Source of the DNA: a virus
Taxonomy: Duplodnaviria; Caudoviricetes
Direction: 5' to 3' (one strand)
IMG/VR virus record: IMGVR_UViG_3300032233_001051
Coordinates: 1-27,670 of that record
Length of the DNA: 27,670 nt
The translations under genes were made by a program, and so were the position numbers. Positions 25,362 to 27,670 of this stretch are shown piece by piece (the stretch's first letter is position 1; each line of letters begins with the position of its first letter). Under the pieces are notes generated by a model that had not been told where the DNA came from, did no database searches, and was given only the letters and a program-made list of their open reading frames with translations.

Positions 25362-27023
25362 ATGGCTGCTACACAAAAAATAGATTTTCTAGAAATAGTA
25401 GAAGATGTATTATCAAATTATATTATAAATCAAATAATTAAACCTAAAGGTAAAACTACAGAAAAACCAGCTGTACGATATATTGTTATGGTTCCAAAAT
25501 TTATAGCAAATGTACAACCTAAAAAAAGAGCAGACCATCAAAATGATATTGAAGATTTGTTAAAGAAAAAAATTGGTACTTCATATAAAAAATATATTAA
25601 TTTGAATGGAAGAATTAAGACATCTTCTGGAAATTTTTTATCGACAACAATCGATGATACTGAAACAACTTATGTTATCTACTTAAAAGAACAACCATCT
25701 GAGTTAACTCTTTTACCAAAATTAATTAATAAACAAAACCCTGTTGTTGGTGTATGGTTATCAGCAATTGAAATGAAAAAAAGAGTATTACAACATATTG
25801 ATTCAAGTGTAATTACTTCTCAAAAAGATAAAGATGCTTATCATGATTTATTGAATAACGCAATAAAGCCTAGTACAAATATGATTAAGTATAATATCCC
25901 TAAGAATGAAAAAAATGCTGAATTTTTCGAACTAATTAGTGCTATTAATTTAGCTTCTTTATTAAAAGCTGGTGATGCTTATATTGTTAATGATTTATTG
26001 CATATGCCAGCCAAGTATAAAAATATTTTAGGTAAAAAAGAGATTAAAATTTTTGTACCAGATGATGCCACCACATCTCTTATGGATTTCTATATTGATT
26101 TTAAAGGTGTCGCAAGCGGTAGTATTTCACAAAAAGAAAAAGAAGAACAGTCATTGAAAATAAGTGTTAAAGCAAAATTATCTGCCGCTAAAGAAGGTAA
26201 GTTTGCTACTGGAGGTACCAATACCATAAAACTACAAGATTTATTTGATAAAGATGTAAAACTTGTTGAAGAATGGTATAATAATTTGAGTAAATATAAT
26301 TTAGCAGATTTGAAACAAAATCAGTATGGTCCAAAAATAGTCGCAGAGGCTGGTGTTGAAAGTTCTGTTACTTCTATAGGAGTGATGTATCCAATAAGAG
26401 CTTTAGGTAAATTATTATCTGATAGTAAAACTAAAGCTGTCATGAGAAATGAACTTTTAAAAACCATAGCATATTTTGGCAAGTCATCTAAAGATAGAGT
26501 TGTGGACTTTAAAAGTAAAACTAAAAAATATACCAATGACCAAGTAGCAAATGCTTACATGGATATAATAATTAATATATCTTCAAAACTTTTAACTTAT
26601 AGAAAAGAAAGTCCATTAGTAAAAGAAATGGTATCAGATAAGAAAAATTTCGACATAGTATTGCTTACCTTACCTTTAATTTTAAAATCTTCCGTTGATC
26701 CAAAAATTAATGAAAATGTTACAAATATTGGCGTAATCTGTGAAAGAGTACTACAAAATGCTTCTAAAGAAGGTAATCCAAAAGAAAAACATAATTATTT
26801 CTATATGTTTTATGACCAAGTTCTAGGAAGAAAACACGTTATATATGCTGTGGCAACAAGATATGGTCCTAACCAATTAAAATTTAAATATTTGGCATAT
26901 GCAAATTGGTTAGAAGAATATAATAATTGGAAAGGCGATATGGAAAAAGCTTGGATAAGTTTGAGAGGTAAAAGTAATCCTAATAAGCTTGGTACGACTG
27001 GTGCTCTGGGTATAAACTTATAA
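25362..27023 (+). CDS. large Lys-rich hypothetical protein, possible restriction-endonuclease-like fold
   Basis: 553-aa ORF with an FFE...MDFYI...KISVK arrangement. Confidence 0.55.
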   Translation: MAATQKIDFLEIVEDVLSNYIINQIIKPKGKTTEKPAVRYIVMVPKFIANVQPKKRADHQNDIEDLLKKKIGTSYKKYINLNGRIKTSSGNFLSTTIDDTETTYVIYLKEQPSELTLLPKLINKQNPVVGVWLSAIEMKKRVLQHIDSSVITSQKDKDAYHDLLNNAIKPSTNMIKYNIPKNEKNAEFFELISAINLASLLKAGDAYIVNDLLHMPAKYKNILGKKEIKIFVPDDATTSLMDFYIDFKGVASGSISQKEKEEQSLKISVKAKLSAAKEGKFATGGTNTIKLQDLFDKDVKLVEEWYNNLSKYNLADLKQNQYGPKIVAEAGVESSVTSIGVMYPIRALGKLLSDSKTKAVMRNELLKTIAYFGKSSKDRVVDFKSKTKKYTNDQVANAYMDIIINISSKLLTYRKESPLVKEMVSDKKNFDIVLLTLPLILKSSVDPKINENVTNIGVICERVLQNASKEGNPKEKHNYFYMFYDQVLGRKHVIYAVATRYGPNQLKFKYLAYANWLEEYNNWKGDMEKAWISLRGKSNPNKLGTTGALGINL

Positions 27024-27301
27024 TGCCACTAATAGACTTTGATAAACTCGCAAAAGAATATGAAACCGAAGATGACTTTGGTTTCTCTGCCGTATCTGAA
27101 GAAGAATATAATTCAGTTGTCAATAAGACAGCTGAGACAGCCGATGATTATAAACTAAGGTTACATGAAGTAGAGAAGATTATTATTCCTTTTCTTTCTA
27201 AGTTACATTCGACTGGAGACAAAGAATATATATATTGGCCTAATAGAAAACCTCTTATTGAAAAACAAATTGAAAGAATTTTAAAACTAACGAAAGCTTG
27301 A
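27023..27301 (+). CDS. small hypothetical phage protein
   Basis: 92 aa, DDFGFSAV and EYIYWPNR motifs. Overlapping stop/start (TAATG). Confidence 0.75.
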   Translation: MPLIDFDKLAKEYETEDDFGFSAVSEEEYNSVVNKTAETADDYKLRLHEVEKIIIPFLSKLHSTGDKEYIYWPNRKPLIEKQIERILKLTKA

Positions 27302-27302
27302 C

Positions 27303-27670
27303 ATGAGTGCTACTGTGATTATACCGACTACGGGTGCTCCCGAAGTTCGGAATGCTATTGAGTCTGTATTAAAACAAACTTACCCAACAACCTGTTATGT
27401 AGTGTGTGATGGTAGTGAATTTCAACCAAAAGTGACTGAGCTTGCATTTGATTATGTCAAATACAAAAATATTAAGTTTTGTTATCTACCCATCAATGTT
27501 GGTGCCAAAGGATTTTATGGACACCGAGTCTACGCAGCATTTACCCACCTTGTCGATACAGATTATGTAATGTACCTTGACCAAGATAATTGGTTATATC
27601 AAGGTCATGTTAAAGCTTGTATTGATACAATCGAATCCAGAAATCTGGATTGGTGTTATTCCCTAAGGAA
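27303..27670 (+). CDS. GT2-family glycosyltransferase, 3'-truncated by window edge
   Basis: MSATVIIPTTG..AIESVLKQTY..YVVCDG..YVMYLDQDNW (DxD). Open to the end of the window. Confidence 0.85.
   Translation, partial: MSATVIIPTTGAPEVRNAIESVLKQTYPTTCYVVCDGSEFQPKVTELAFDYVKYKNIKFCYLPINVGAKGFYGHRVYAAFTHLVDTDYVMYLDQDNWLYQGHVKACIDTIESRNLDWCYSLR

Overview
AT-rich segment of a T4-like myophage genome. The outer-membrane lipoprotein and beta-barrel genes imply a Gram-negative host. The + strand carries the replication core: gp45, gp44, gp62, regA, hsp20, gp43, uvsX, a gp40-like gene and gp41. It also carries two DUF4338-like paralogues, two glycosyltransferases, a DUF5664-like dNTP diphosphohydrolase, and a tRNA cluster (Glu, Tyr, Cys, Gly x2, Met) containing two unexplained structured RNAs. 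An 8-kb minus-strand operon under a TATAAATA late promoter encodes two small membrane proteins, CsgF- and CsgG-like proteins, a curlin-like repeat protein, a FecR protein, a CHASE2 adenylate cyclase and an autotransporter-like protein. The main highlights are a 69-nt tRNA-Gly with hallmarks of non-proteinogenic tRNAs (a possible glycyl donor for the DUF4338-like enzymes), the curli/cAMP envelope operon, a ROSE-like thermometer before hsp20, and an in-frame TAA in the gp44 Walker A motif. All calls come from motif recognition by eye; no searches were run.
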